Below, in pieces: positions 47,774 to 57,532 of a stretch of DNA of 64,000 bases. Under the pieces are notes generated by a model. The model made no database searches and was not told where the DNA came from. It was given only the letters and a program-made list of their open reading frames with translations. The stretch comes from a virus. How positions within the stretch are numbered: the first letter of the stretch is position 1; each line of letters begins with the position of its first letter. Made by a program: the position numbers and the translations under genes. The DNA lies in the IMG/VR virus record IMGVR_UViG_3300046005_001038, positions 1 to 64,000 of that record. The stretch is one strand, 5' to 3'.

Positions 47774-49522
47774 CTACGCAGTTTGTGAGTATTCTTGAAT
47801 GCTCAAAGTTGTCGCTTCATACCCTTGTGAAGAATCCGCCAACAATGCCGTAAAAGGAACTGTCATCACAATAGATTGTGCATCGTCTTTTGATGCACCG
47901 CCTGTTTTAATACGAGGAAACACAAACGACATGAATGCAGAATTAACTGTGTTTGAAGAAGATTCTGTAAACACAGCAATCAATGTAGCATCTTCTGAGT
48001 TCAAGAAAATATCACGGAATACAGTATCTTGGAAATAAATACTCGCATTACCACTTACGTTTACTTTACCTAATGTTACGTCAGGAGATGTAGTAGAACC
48101 AATAACTTTTAGAGTTTCTCCATTACCGTTAATTGTGAAATCCAAAGAGGTAATCAAACCAACTTTGTAAATTTGACCACTTGCACCTTTTTTATCTTTA
48201 ATGTACAAGTTACCTACAGCAGAAGAATATACAGCATCAATTGCAGGGTCTAAAGGAACATCACCTGACAATGTTTCCATCATCGATTTATCTTTATCCC
48301 ATGCACCAGAAGTAGATGTACTTCTATCCCATTTCACAGTTTCTGTTGATGGGGTAGTCATCGAAGTCCCCATAACCGTGAAATCTACAGTAGCCAAACC
48401 ACTTGTTGGTAACTTCACAGCCCCTTGCGTAATACGAACACCTTTGAATAATTCAGAATAAGGAGCATCTGTTTGATTTGGTTGTTCATGACTAATATCA
48501 TAATAATAATGTTCTAATTGGAACGATTTTTTCTTATGCCCTGACAACGGTACAAATGATTTTTGTCCTAAAACTTGGAATTTAGTACCGATTGCGAGTG
48601 AACCACCTACAAACGTAACAGATTCCATTGTGTTAGCAGCTACTACTGTTAGTGCTTGTGTTGTAATATCTTTAGCAATAACTAACAAAGGTATGTTCGC
48701 TACTGATGCACCATTAGCAGTCGCTGTAGAAGCTCCTACATTAGAAATAGAGAAGATTTCGCCAACTTTAATACCTGCGAATTTATTACTCGCTAAAGTT
48801 CCAGCATCTTCAGTACCTACTGTACCTTGGTCAGCCGAGTTAGGAGTAATAATAGCTACGTTAGCTGTTGCAACGCCTTGTCCTTTAACAGTGTTAGCTG
48901 GTGCAACAGCTAGTGTTCCTGCTACAGTTAAAGCAAATTCTTCAGGCGAATAGAAGTCTTTACGCAATAAAGCTGAGATGAATTCACTATAAGTATAAGA
49001 CGACAATTCTGCGGATAATGTACCATCAATTGTCTGTGCGCCAATACGATAGTCAACAATTTGTTGTGAACTGTTTACTTCGTTACTTGAATAGGATTCT
49101 TTTTTCAAATCCAAGTTTGAAGATACACGGCGCAACTTCTTAGGTTTTAATTTTTTACCAGCAGATGTCCATGCTTGAGTTGCTGTAGTTGTTCCGATAA
49201 CTGGCGCAATAACAATACCTCTATCAAGTTTGATGGTTACAGATGTGGTTGTTGTATCAACCAATGTAGTAGTGTAATAAACTTGTGTACTGTTACTAAA
49301 TACAATTTTAGTACCGATGTTTAAATACGTTGAAGCTGTACCTGAGCTTAACGTAATTTTAATTTCATCATCACCAATGTTATAAGTACCGCCAGCAGCA
49401 GGAGCTGTTACACCTGTAATAGTCGCTGTTGTTTGCGTTGTAGTCGGTTCTAATTCAACCACACCTAGTGTGGTTTCTGGTACATAAATTAATTGTTTAA
49501 AAATATTACTGGCAATAGCCAT
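47774..49522 (-). CDS. major tail tube protein with accessory insertions
   Basis: YVPETT.G, LRRVSS.L.L.K..Y.S.E, G.LS.ELS, VSG..S.YF.D, PF.AL; gene position. Confidence 0.85.
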   Translation of the reverse strand: MAIASNIFKQLIYVPETTLGVVELEPTTTQTTATITGVTAPAAGGTYNIGDDEIKITLSSGTASTYLNIGTKIVFSNSTQVYYTTTLVDTTTTSVTIKLDRGIVIAPVIGTTTATQAWTSAGKKLKPKKLRRVSSNLDLKKESYSSNEVNSSQQIVDYRIGAQTIDGTLSAELSSYTYSEFISALLRKDFYSPEEFALTVAGTLAVAPANTVKGQGVATANVAIITPNSADQGTVGTEDAGTLASNKFAGIKVGEIFSISNVGASTATANGASVANIPLLVIAKDITTQALTVVAANTMESVTFVGGSLAIGTKFQVLGQKSFVPLSGHKKKSFQLEHYYYDISHEQPNQTDAPYSELFKGVRITQGAVKLPTSGLATVDFTVMGTSMTTPSTETVKWDRSTSTSGAWDKDKSMMETLSGDVPLDPAIDAVYSSAVGNLYIKDKKGASGQIYKVGLITSLDFTINGNGETLKVIGSTTSPDVTLGKVNVSGNASIYFQDTVFRDIFLNSEDATLIAVFTESSSNTVNSAFMSFVFPRIKTGGASKDDAQSIVMTVPFTALLADSSQGYEATTLSIQEYSQTA

Positions 49523-49547
49523 GTTGAACTCCTTTTATCTTAATCGA

Positions 49548-49958
49548 TTAAGCAAAAATATCGGCTGTAAAGAATACCCTTACAACCACTACAAATCGGT
49601 CCACCTCATTAGGTAAAACGCGAATGTCTGGTGTTTTATCGCACACAATACGGCGATTATCTTTCATTAAAACAGTTCCACGTTTAAATACTGCGCGGAT
49701 TTTCTCTGCTTGTGTCATAACAGCTATTGTTCCGTTACCTAATGGATAACGAAGTGTAACTTGAAAAATTCCTCTTTCTCGATACATACCTGGTGAAAAT
49801 ATCACAGGGTCATCAGGTGTATTCATCATTAAATACGCTGATTGATACGGAATACCTGTAACAGGTGTGAACGCTACATTTTCAAATTGTGTTGAAACTT
49901 TTGGTGTGAGAGTAGCGAGTTGTGTTTCTAATGCAGAACGAATTGATATTTGACTCAT
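49548..49958 (-). CDS. tail terminator-like protein
   Basis: FENVAFTP..G.PY, GIFQV.L.YP.G.G, F.RG. Confidence 0.8.
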   Translation of the reverse strand: MSQISIRSALETQLATLTPKVSTQFENVAFTPVTGIPYQSAYLMMNTPDDPVIFSPGMYRERGIFQVTLRYPLGNGTIAVMTQAEKIRAVFKRGTVLMKDNRRIVCDKTPDIRVLPNEVDRFVVVVRVFFTADIFA

Positions 49959-50425
49959 TTCGATACCTGCTTCGCTTTAGCTAAAAATGATGACGTTTGT
50001 TGTGTAACTAATCCTGCTACAGCATGAGGTTTTGATTGTGACTGAGGATTATGAATAGCACTACCGTATTCAATTGCTTTAGCATAAGACACATCATTGG
50101 TAAAATAATGTTTCGTGAACAATAGTTTATTTGACGCAATTTGTTGCTTTAATCTTCTACCTGTTTCACAATCTTTTTGTTGAAATGAATTATCACGAGT
50201 ATCTTCTAATTCAACGTACACAGGTGAACCAATGGAATGTAACCAGTTTGATTTATATTTACCTGGTGTATAATCTTCTGGTTGAAATGACCACATATCA
50301 GGCTGTCCTACAGGTGAACGATACATCAATTCATCAACCATTAGATTAAGTGTGTTGTCCACAACAACCTTCGCTCTATCATGAACCTTCTTTGTGAAAT
50401 ATCCTTCCAACTGATTCAGATTCAT
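49955..50425 (-). CDS. HK97 gp10-like neck/tail completion protein
   Basis: RSPV, G.YKSNW..SIG.P, TNDV.YA..IEYG. Confidence 0.75.
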   Translation of the reverse strand: MNLNQLEGYFTKKVHDRAKVVVDNTLNLMVDELMYRSPVGQPDMWSFQPEDYTPGKYKSNWLHSIGSPVYVELEDTRDNSFQQKDCETGRRLKQQIASNKLLFTKHYFTNDVSYAKAIEYGSAIHNPQSQSKPHAVAGLVTQQTSSFLAKAKQVSK

Positions 50426-50784
50426 TACGCGATTCCTCGTAACGCTACTTCAAATAATAAGTTTATTCCTGCTGGATTCGTTTCCGTAACATTCACCACA
50501 GTGTAATCTTTACCGTTCACAGTAATAATGTCGCTATTTTCAATTGTAGAAATTCCTGTTGGTTGAACGAGGAGCTTCTTATCGCCTTTTAAAATCGTTG
50601 TACCGTTAATATCTTTTTCACCATAATCAAATAACACACCATTTAACACATAAGTTGATTGTGTGTTAGTAACTAAACCTGTATCAACATCATATTCACC
50701 GTACATATTTCGAGTTACTGTGATTCTCTGACCAAATTCAGTCACAATATCATCTACCGTTAAAGCTAATTCAGACCAGTTCAT
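50425..50784 (-). CDS. head closure/stopper protein
   Basis: EFG..I.V, YD..TG, INGT.I..GDKK. Confidence 0.75.
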   Translation of the reverse strand: MNWSELALTVDDIVTEFGQRITVTRNMYGEYDVDTGLVTNTQSTYVLNGVLFDYGEKDINGTTILKGDKKLLVQPTGISTIENSDIITVNGKDYTVVNVTETNPAGINLLFEVALRGIA

Positions 50785-51326
50785 CGAATCACCTGTGTTG
50801 GATTTGATTTAAGATACGGTTTGATGAGTAAATCTGCTGTAGGATACGATGCAAATAAATCAGCGCGTCTTGAGTTATAACCGAAGTTAGTTTCTTTTTC
50901 AATTGAACCGACTTTAACACGACTACTCATCATCGCATCTGACGCAACGTCTTTAATGAGCGTATTTTTACTCGCTCTAATCGCATATTCACAAGTGGCT
51001 TTTTTGATTGCGGTAGGAATATCTACACCTAAAACTAATGTCGGGTCGAGTTCATCGTAAATGAACGTATCAATTGGCAAACCTGATGTAAGTGTAGCTG
51101 GAAAGAATAACGATTGTGATAAATTAAATTTAGTACCTCGTAGTTGACTTCCGAATCGCATTTCAATATAATCTGTCGCAAGAATTAAAGATGCTTTTTT
51201 AATATCATCATCTAATACATCCCAAGTCACTGCGTTCCTATCTTCAAAATAAGACGCTGCGAATGTTAAATCACAATACGAGTTAGCATTCGATAATCCA
51301 GTTCCATCTTCTACTACAAATGCCAT
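50781..51326 (-). CDS. head-tail adaptor
   Basis: VEDGTGL..ANSY, ATDYI, Q.L.FP, IP.AIK.A.CE.A. Confidence 0.8.
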   Translation of the reverse strand: MAFVVEDGTGLSNANSYCDLTFAASYFEDRNAVTWDVLDDDIKKASLILATDYIEMRFGSQLRGTKFNLSQSLFFPATLTSGLPIDTFIYDELDPTLVLGVDIPTAIKKATCEYAIRASKNTLIKDVASDAMMSSRVKVGSIEKETNFGYNSRRADLFASYPTADLLIKPYLKSNPTQVIR

Positions 51327-51394
51327 ATTAACTCCAATTTATTTTAATCATATTGTGATTCTTCGATTTTACCATTATTTTTAATCTTTGTCAA

Positions 51395-51967
51395 CTACTT
51401 ATTGATGTTTTTAATGTAAGAAGCCATATTATGCGCGAATAGAATCTGATTACCTTTTAGTGTTATTTTTTTACCGTAATGTCTGTAAGGATACATTGGA
51501 ATATACGGTGCGTAATCAAATCTATTAACAACTCGTAAATGGTTTATTTTTGCTTCTGACAAGACGTTTATGAACTTCTCTGTACCAACTCTAGGACTAC
51601 CAAAACTTATGACTCTAGCGTTAAATAACGGCGCTAGAATCAACGCGACTGCTCCGCCTAAACTGTGACCGATAAAGATGACTTCTTTTGACATATCAAC
51701 TTCATCAATCAGTTTAGATACAATAGCGTTTGCATATTCATTAAACCCACTTTGAATTCCATCACAAGTGGGTTTAAACGATAAATCGATGAACCAATCC
51801 TTTAATTCGTCTGTTCCTCTGAACACAACATATTGATTTTTTCTATCTGTCAAAATATATGCTTGACATCCTTCAGCGTCGATGAATCGTGTCGTAAATT
51901 CGTTTAAACTCAATTCATCACAATAGGATTTATCTGCTAAATGTGCATAGAACAGAAGCTCGTTCAT
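51395..51967 (-). CDS. class 3 lipase (alpha/beta hydrolase)
   Basis: VFRGT...DW..D, GHSLGG nucleophile elbow, FGSPRVG, RVVN..D..P. Confidence 0.9.
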   Translation of the reverse strand: MNELLFYAHLADKSYCDELSLNEFTTRFIDAEGCQAYILTDRKNQYVVFRGTDELKDWFIDLSFKPTCDGIQSGFNEYANAIVSKLIDEVDMSKEVIFIGHSLGGAVALILAPLFNARVISFGSPRVGTEKFINVLSEAKINHLRVVNRFDYAPYIPMYPYRHYGKKITLKGNQILFAHNMASYIKNINK

Positions 51968-52170
51968 TATTGTTTAGTCCACAGACCTGTATTAGTCAGA
52001 TTTCCATTTAACCATGTAAATGTTTGTTTATAAGTAAAACCGTTAAAATCAACAAACGTGTCTGTAATTAAATTACCTGAACTATCGTAAGTAAAATTAT
52101 GCGCTGCTACATATTCTGGGAAAATAATGTTATTATCAGAAGCAATAACACCGTAATCTAAATCACTCAT
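51967..52170 (-). CDS. small YD-like repeat protein
   Basis: FTYDSSGNLITDT...YKQTFTWLNGNLT; paralogue of 54318-54632. Confidence 0.7.
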   Translation of the reverse strand: MSDLDYGVIASDNNIIFPEYVAAHNFTYDSSGNLITDTFVDFNGFTYKQTFTWLNGNLTNTGLWTKQ

Positions 52171-52287
52171 AATCACTCCTTGTTATTGCAGACGTTAAGC
52201 CTTTTGTTATTGGGTTTTGCCAAGCTATTCTTTTCATAAGTCTTGTCTGCCTGATTGAGTCATCTTAATTTGTTTGTCAGGACGAGG

Positions 52288-54321
52288 CTATAAAGTAACA
52301 TTCTGGCTTGTTGCATCAACAGACACTTGCCCACTTGCTAAATCAGTATTTGTAGTATTTCCAGTTACACTCAAGCTCGTTGCACGGCAACGCACGTTGG
52401 TAGATGTAGTTGCATAAATACCTTTTAAGAACCCCGTGACTGTTCCACCCTCAACCGCCACATCAGTACATCCTTGCCACCGAATACCTGTTCCAGCGGC
52501 AGTGGTATCGGATAACCGCCCAATTCTTACAATTCCGTTTGATGATGTGTTCATTCTAACAACTCCAACACCTCGATAGCCAGTGGAATAAACCTTACCT
52601 ATATCGAACTTTGATGCCGAAGGTAAATCAAGAAGGGTTATGGATGGCAAATACTGAGCATCCGCCCTAATGCACCCTATATTGACTACACCATCGTTAT
52701 TTGGACCAATAATAATAGTCGTAGGGGATGTTGAGTTGCCTGTTTGATTATGCCTCATTGCACCGATAAAACACTCACCTAACATTACTAACACAGTACC
52801 TGGGTGTCCGTATGATGTATCTATCAACTCCGATACAAGAGTTGTGTAGGCTTTGACCGTGATAACAGTGTTAATAATAGGGTTGCCTTGCGTTGATTTA
52901 CTTAATGCTTTTATTCTTGTATTGTATAAACAGCTTCTAAATGAGCCAGATGGCGGACTACCTGCTGCGATTGTTATATAACTATACCCAGTGTCCACAG
53001 TACATCCAGAAGCATTAGCTACGTCTATATAATCTATTTGAGCCAATGCGATATTTCCTGGGTTGTTAATATCCCCGATAGATATACCTCTATGTGTAAT
53101 AGACAAGCATTCTAACGAGTGAATTTTTGGTACCGTCCACGATGGTGGTGTGTAAATTGCATTTTGTGTATCTTCAATTCTAAAGTCATACAACGCATTG
53201 CTCCGTGTTCCAGCAATTTGATTAACAGTGATGTTATCAACTTTTAATCCAGAGCATCTTTTTAGCCATACACCTGTTAGCTCCTTAGATTGTGATAAAG
53301 TCTGAGCTTCTTGTAACGTCCTATCATGTGTACCGTACCCCCAGCCGTCTACGCGAATAGAGTTAACTGTTTGATTTGCGCCAATAAGATATACCCCATG
53401 ACCAGCACTATCTTTAACCCAAATATCCCCGTAGGTATTATCGTGGCAGTCTGATGAATCTACAACAAACGCCCCGTCTGTGTTGTACACTGTGCCAATA
53501 CATGGGCAATCCTCTACTATAAAGTTACCAAATTTTGTGTTTGTAATAGATGAATACATATGTACTCCTCTACCATAAATTCCTGTCAAATGTTTAGTTG
53601 CGTCTGATTTGCAAATTACGTTTAGAAGGGATAGGTCGGAGTCTTGCACCCCTATAGCTCCAAATCTATCGTAAGTGGTTATGTGTCCAGATAGTATTAA
53701 GTCAGAGAGAGCTGACGCGGTAGAAGGAAACCCTGCACTGGGGATAATATGAATCAAACCTGAGAATTCAGCCCCCTGTTGGAAGTGCATTTTAGCCTTA
53801 GAATGGCTGGAGTTTAAATTAAAGGATGTGCAGTACAGTCCAGCAACCCAATCAATAGTAATGCCAGGAACAGTGGAATTAGTTAATACATTTGCCAGGC
53901 GTGTTGCATAATCTCTTTCCCAGTATGTCCCTATTCTTGCGTTCCCCGTGCCTGAGCCAGTTGCGGCTATATTTAAAGTTGCACCCGACCCATCAGGTAG
54001 TATTGAGATTATTTTTGGAGGTGTGCCACCGTAACTACCTGTTGACAAAGGCGAACAAACTACCATGCCTATCATATTGTTGTTAAATGCCCCAGCAGAC
54101 GCAGCTAAAGTAGTTGTCGCATTAAACGTAATGTTTAATACGTCCGACCCATCTGGGTAAATACCATAACGTCTAACGTCCCCGACAGGGTAGTTAGGGT
54201 TTATAACTCCAACCTCTTTGATTGGGTACTCAGCAACAGGTGTATGAGCATACCCACCCGCAGTCCCTCTATCCTTCTTAAACTCAACGCCAGCTTTCGC
54301 CGCTTCAACTATAAAACTCAT
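52288..54321 (-). CDS. beta-helix tailspike/depolymerase-like protein
   Basis: NYPVGDVRRYG, Gly/Ser/Thr/Asn/Ile-rich beta-solenoid periodicity. Confidence 0.65.
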   Translation of the reverse strand: MSFIVEAAKAGVEFKKDRGTAGGYAHTPVAEYPIKEVGVINPNYPVGDVRRYGIYPDGSDVLNITFNATTTLAASAGAFNNNMIGMVVCSPLSTGSYGGTPPKIISILPDGSGATLNIAATGSGTGNARIGTYWERDYATRLANVLTNSTVPGITIDWVAGLYCTSFNLNSSHSKAKMHFQQGAEFSGLIHIIPSAGFPSTASALSDLILSGHITTYDRFGAIGVQDSDLSLLNVICKSDATKHLTGIYGRGVHMYSSITNTKFGNFIVEDCPCIGTVYNTDGAFVVDSSDCHDNTYGDIWVKDSAGHGVYLIGANQTVNSIRVDGWGYGTHDRTLQEAQTLSQSKELTGVWLKRCSGLKVDNITVNQIAGTRSNALYDFRIEDTQNAIYTPPSWTVPKIHSLECLSITHRGISIGDINNPGNIALAQIDYIDVANASGCTVDTGYSYITIAAGSPPSGSFRSCLYNTRIKALSKSTQGNPIINTVITVKAYTTLVSELIDTSYGHPGTVLVMLGECFIGAMRHNQTGNSTSPTTIIIGPNNDGVVNIGCIRADAQYLPSITLLDLPSASKFDIGKVYSTGYRGVGVVRMNTSSNGIVRIGRLSDTTAAGTGIRWQGCTDVAVEGGTVTGFLKGIYATTSTNVRCRATSLSVTGNTTNTDLASGQVSVDATSQNVTL

Positions 54322-54632
54322 TGTTTCACCCAATTGCTAGTTGCAGTTAAATTACCGTTTGTCCAAGTGAAAGTTTGCGTATAAGTATTGCTGTTGCTAT
54401 CTGTATAGGTATCAGAAATTAAATTACCAGAAGAATCGTAACCGAAAGAGTGATTCGTTGTTGAATTAGGATGTACAGCCAGTCCATCAGAAGCGATTAT
54501 TTGAGGAACGCCAGAATCTCCTTTTTCACCTTTATCTCCCTTTAGACCTGCGGGAAATGCTTGTACTACCGTTTGAACAACAGGGGATACTTGAATAGTT
54601 TGTTGATTTTGATTTACAATAATATCTGTCAT
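54318..54632 (-). CDS. small protein with collagen-like stretch and YD-like domain
   Basis: GLKGDKGEKGD; FGYDSSGNLISDT...YTQTFTWTNGNLT. Confidence 0.7.
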   Translation of the reverse strand: MTDIIVNQNQQTIQVSPVVQTVVQAFPAGLKGDKGEKGDSGVPQIIASDGLAVHPNSTTNHSFGYDSSGNLISDTYTDSNSNTYTQTFTWTNGNLTATSNWVKQ

Positions 54633-55006
54633 ACAATCGCTTCCGTCACTTCAGGCACAACAACAACTTTATCTTTATAATCTGCAATAGGCGGTAATAC
54701 TGTTGTGATACTTGAGCCTACTTTTTGTTGAATATCATAATAATATCGACCTACAGGAACTTGTTTGGTCACACTAGCAGGGACAGTTAAATAACAAATA
54801 CCGTTAAGTGCTTCATCATTTACATTATCACCTACAGTAGTCACAAACTGCATAGCGGCTTGAGCATCTGAATTATCATAACTCGCTTTTAATGTCAACC
54901 AAAACTTATAACCTGTAATATCAACAGCAATCCCTGCTACATCATTCACAGTTAGCTTAATGTTATAATCATCGCCTACTCTAAAGTCAGGAATCCACTT
55001 AGCCAT
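54629..55006 (-). CDS. BppU-like adaptor domain protein
   Basis: GDD..I.LT......VDITGY, G.YYYDIQ. Confidence 0.65.
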   Translation of the reverse strand: MAKWIPDFRVGDDYNIKLTVNDVAGIAVDITGYKFWLTLKASYDNSDAQAAMQFVTTVGDNVNDEALNGICYLTVPASVTKQVPVGRYYYDIQQKVGSSITTVLPPIADYKDKVVVVPEVTEAIV

Positions 55007-55016
55007 AAATTACTCC

Positions 55017-55157
55017 TTATTTCTTACGTTTAGCTTTCGCTTTCTTAGCCACAGATAGAGCGATTGCAATACTTTGCTTTTGTGATTTTCCTGATTTCAT
55101 TTCGGTTCTGATATTCGATGAAATCGTTTTCTTACTGTAACCTTTTTTAAGTGGCAT
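55017..55157 (-). CDS. small basic phage protein (46 aa, not in ORF track)
   Basis: MPLKKGYSKKTISSNIRTEMKSGKSQKQSIAIALSVAKKAKAKRKK; GAGG RBS. Confidence 0.75.
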   Translation of the reverse strand: MPLKKGYSKKTISSNIRTEMKSGKSQKQSIAIALSVAKKAKAKRKK

Positions 55158-55162
55158 GAGAG

Positions 55163-55486
55163 TTAATCCTCATTACAAATAAGAATTGCAGTTACTGTTC
55201 CAGTATTAGCAGTGACATCTAACACAATTTTGTCCGCAGATGCGATAACATGTCTACCTGTTGCAGAAAGTGTAGTTAAGGTAGCATCTTTAGCAGTTTC
55301 ACCAAAAGCATTACTTTTAACAACCACAGTAGCTGTAGCTGAAATGTGTACAACAAGCGTAGATAAAGCGGGTGCGAACAAACAGTTACTTCTAACAACA
55401 GCCGTTGTACTGTGTTTAGGTAACTTGCGTACAACACCGCTAATCGTCTGTTCAACTTCAAAGAAACTGTATGTATCGTCACTCAT
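55163..55486 (-). CDS. hypothetical structural protein
   Basis: beta-rich ORF in head module. Confidence 0.55.
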   Translation of the reverse strand: MSDDTYSFFEVEQTISGVVRKLPKHSTTAVVRSNCLFAPALSTLVVHISATATVVVKSNAFGETAKDATLTTLSATGRHVIASADKIVLDVTANTGTVTAILICNED

Positions 55487-55489
55487 ATC

Positions 55490-56038
55490 TTATACTCTGG
55501 CTAATTGTGGGAATAATTCTTTTAAATCATCAAACGACAAACCTAATTCTTCAAACTTTTTAAGTTTTTCAGAGCGTTCCATACGTTCTTTTGCTGTCGC
55601 AGCTACATAATGTGAGATTGCTTCTGCGAATTCTTCATTAGGTGTTGGTTTTACGAGCTGTGATGATAATTCATCTACTTGTTTTTGTAATTTAGCTAAT
55701 TCAGTTTCTGTAGAATCTGCTTTATTACGAAGCTCCTCGAATTCAGCACTGGCTACCGCGATTGCGGCTTTCACTTCATCTTGTGACAAAGATTGTACAG
55801 GTTCTTCAACCACAATAACTTCTTCTACAGTAGCTACGCTAGCATCAACTGGAGCAGTTGTGTACGTTGCCACAGTATCACGAGTTAACCCTAATGCGAC
55901 TTTATTGAGTGCTGAACGAGTTAATTTACTATCACCTGTTAATGCTTTAACAGCATCTAACATAGGTAAACCGTCATCTGTCCACAAGGTTGCGTCATTC
56001 GGGTCTAATGCTTTTAAAACGTCTAATAATTCTGCCAT
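55490..56038 (-). CDS. hypothetical head-associated protein
   Basis: LDP.D...WT.DG.P plus coiled coil; follows capsid gene. Confidence 0.6.
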   Translation of the reverse strand: MAELLDVLKALDPNDATLWTDDGLPMLDAVKALTGDSKLTRSALNKVALGLTRDTVATYTTAPVDASVATVEEVIVVEEPVQSLSQDEVKAAIAVASAEFEELRNKADSTETELAKLQKQVDELSSQLVKPTPNEEFAEAISHYVAATAKERMERSEKLKKFEELGLSFDDLKELFPQLARV

Positions 56039-56093
56039 TTTATATTCCTGTAAATACCCTTCCTTCACACAAAGCAAAGGAAGGGTTAAATTA

Positions 56094-57152
56094 TTAAGAT
56101 TCTTGTGTAATTAAACGAGCAATGTTGACTTGTTTGCGTTCAGGGTAACGACGCGACCAGTTAGCAGCAGTCGCTAATGCAGTATTACTTGCACCGCCTT
56201 CTGTAGCAGTACCGATGTACGAAGTACCTTCAGGTGCAACCACAAATTCTTGACGACTGTATAAGGTTTCAATACCACCACCATTACCGCCGTTAGGAGC
56301 GCGGAACACTTCACTAGGAATACGAGGAGAACCCATACCTAATTGTAATGCACCACTACCTAAGATGTAAGTGTAGTATTTACCAGCCAATCCTGTACCA
56401 GAAACACCTGCTGGCATCATATTATCAGACACAACTTCCATATCCATAAATGTTGGAATGTTACGTTTTTCTTGTGAATCAGGTACAAAAGTAATCATGT
56501 TACGTTTTAACATACGCGCATATACAACAGGGTGTACTAACAATGTACGCAAACCATCCGCACTATCACCCATTGTTGCTAAGGTATCAATCAACAATTC
56601 AGCAGAGAAACGAGTTGTATCACTTGCTGATTGTGGTGTACCTGAAGGCAAACCTGTGTTTGTTGAAGCATCATAAGTTAAATCATATTGTGTATGCGTA
56701 TCTGAACCTGATGCCGCAGCATCGTTATCAGCAAATACACCTGCTAAGGTAGCAAGGAATGTTTTTTGTAAATCCCAAGCCCAATAAGATGCTACACGGT
56801 CACCAATACCTTTTAACGGGTCTGCACCTGTTAAATCTGCTGCTAAATCAGCAGCAGTCCATGATTGGTTTCTGCTCAAGCGTTGTTGAACGATTGACGC
56901 GCCTGTAATTGCATTCGGAGTAGAAGTAGCGGTATCATCTGAACTCGATACGTTAGATACGTTACGAACTAAATCTTTGTAGAAAGGCATTGTTACAATG
57001 TTACCGCCACCAGACAAGAAATTGTCTAAGAAGCCTGAACGTGCAACAGCACCTGATTGAATGAGTTTTGATTTTTCTTGTGTGCGTAAGAACACATACG
57101 GATTAAATACTTGTGGTACTAATAACGCTGTACTTAAAGTTGCGACTGCCAT
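56094..57152 (-). CDS. major capsid protein
   Basis: VPQVFNPYV, S.LIQSG, GG..V.MPF..DL, DLA..L.G.DP...IG.RVA.YW, NW.R....K. Confidence 0.9.
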   Translation of the reverse strand: MAVATLSTALLVPQVFNPYVFLRTQEKSKLIQSGAVARSGFLDNFLSGGGNIVTMPFYKDLVRNVSNVSSSDDTATSTPNAITGASIVQQRLSRNQSWTAADLAADLTGADPLKGIGDRVASYWAWDLQKTFLATLAGVFADNDAAASGSDTHTQYDLTYDASTNTGLPSGTPQSASDTTRFSAELLIDTLATMGDSADGLRTLLVHPVVYARMLKRNMITFVPDSQEKRNIPTFMDMEVVSDNMMPAGVSGTGLAGKYYTYILGSGALQLGMGSPRIPSEVFRAPNGGNGGGIETLYSRQEFVVAPEGTSYIGTATEGGASNTALATAANWSRRYPERKQVNIARLITQES

Positions 57153-57203
57153 TTGGAAATTCCTTTATTAAATTAGTTAATTGATTTATTCATATTTCAT
57201 CCT

Positions 57204-57257
57204 TTGCCCATGCAAGTAATTGAAAGTTAATTGTGTATTGTATCTACCCATGTAGAT
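57204..57257 (-). promoter_or_regulatory. pair of AUGG-tetraloop hairpins in capsid leader
   Basis: ATCTAC-ATGG-GTAGAT and TTGC-ATGG-GCAA downstream of TTGACT-17-TAGCAT promoter. Confidence 0.6.
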
Positions 57258-57337
57258 TTATCGCTGTATGCTACACGAAAAGTATTTAAAAGTCAAGCAT
57301 TATTTAGTGTAGATGTCAAATTTATTTTCGATGAATA

Positions 57338-57495
57338 AAAAGAAACCCTTTAACAGTTTTAATTATTAAAGGGTCGAGTGTAGGAGGACTAAAAATGAGA
57401 ACAAACCAAGACTATGAAATCTTATTAAAAACTCTGTTTAGAATTCTTAATAAGATTATCTTATCTATTGCTAGAAAAAGATAATCTTAACTGGA
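57338..57495 (-). ncRNA. candidate stand-alone small RNA (~155 nt)
   Basis: TTGACA-17-AATAAT promoter (57500-57528), two long overlapping hairpins, terminator 57338-57375, no ATG on transcribed strand. Confidence 0.6.
57395..57484 (+). CDS. candidate 29-aa amphipathic peptide antisense to the sRNA
   Basis: AGGAGG-7 nt-ATG; MRTNQDYEILLKTLFRILNKIILSIARKR. Confidence 0.35.
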   Translation: MRTNQDYEILLKTLFRILNKIILSIARKR

Positions 57496-57532
57496 GGTAA
57501 TTATTTCACACTATAATCACAGTGTCAAGCAT

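Noticed and set aside
51967-54453. Repeats as diversity-generating retroelement TR/VR
   Set aside because: Differences are not adenine-specific and no reverse transcriptase is in the window.
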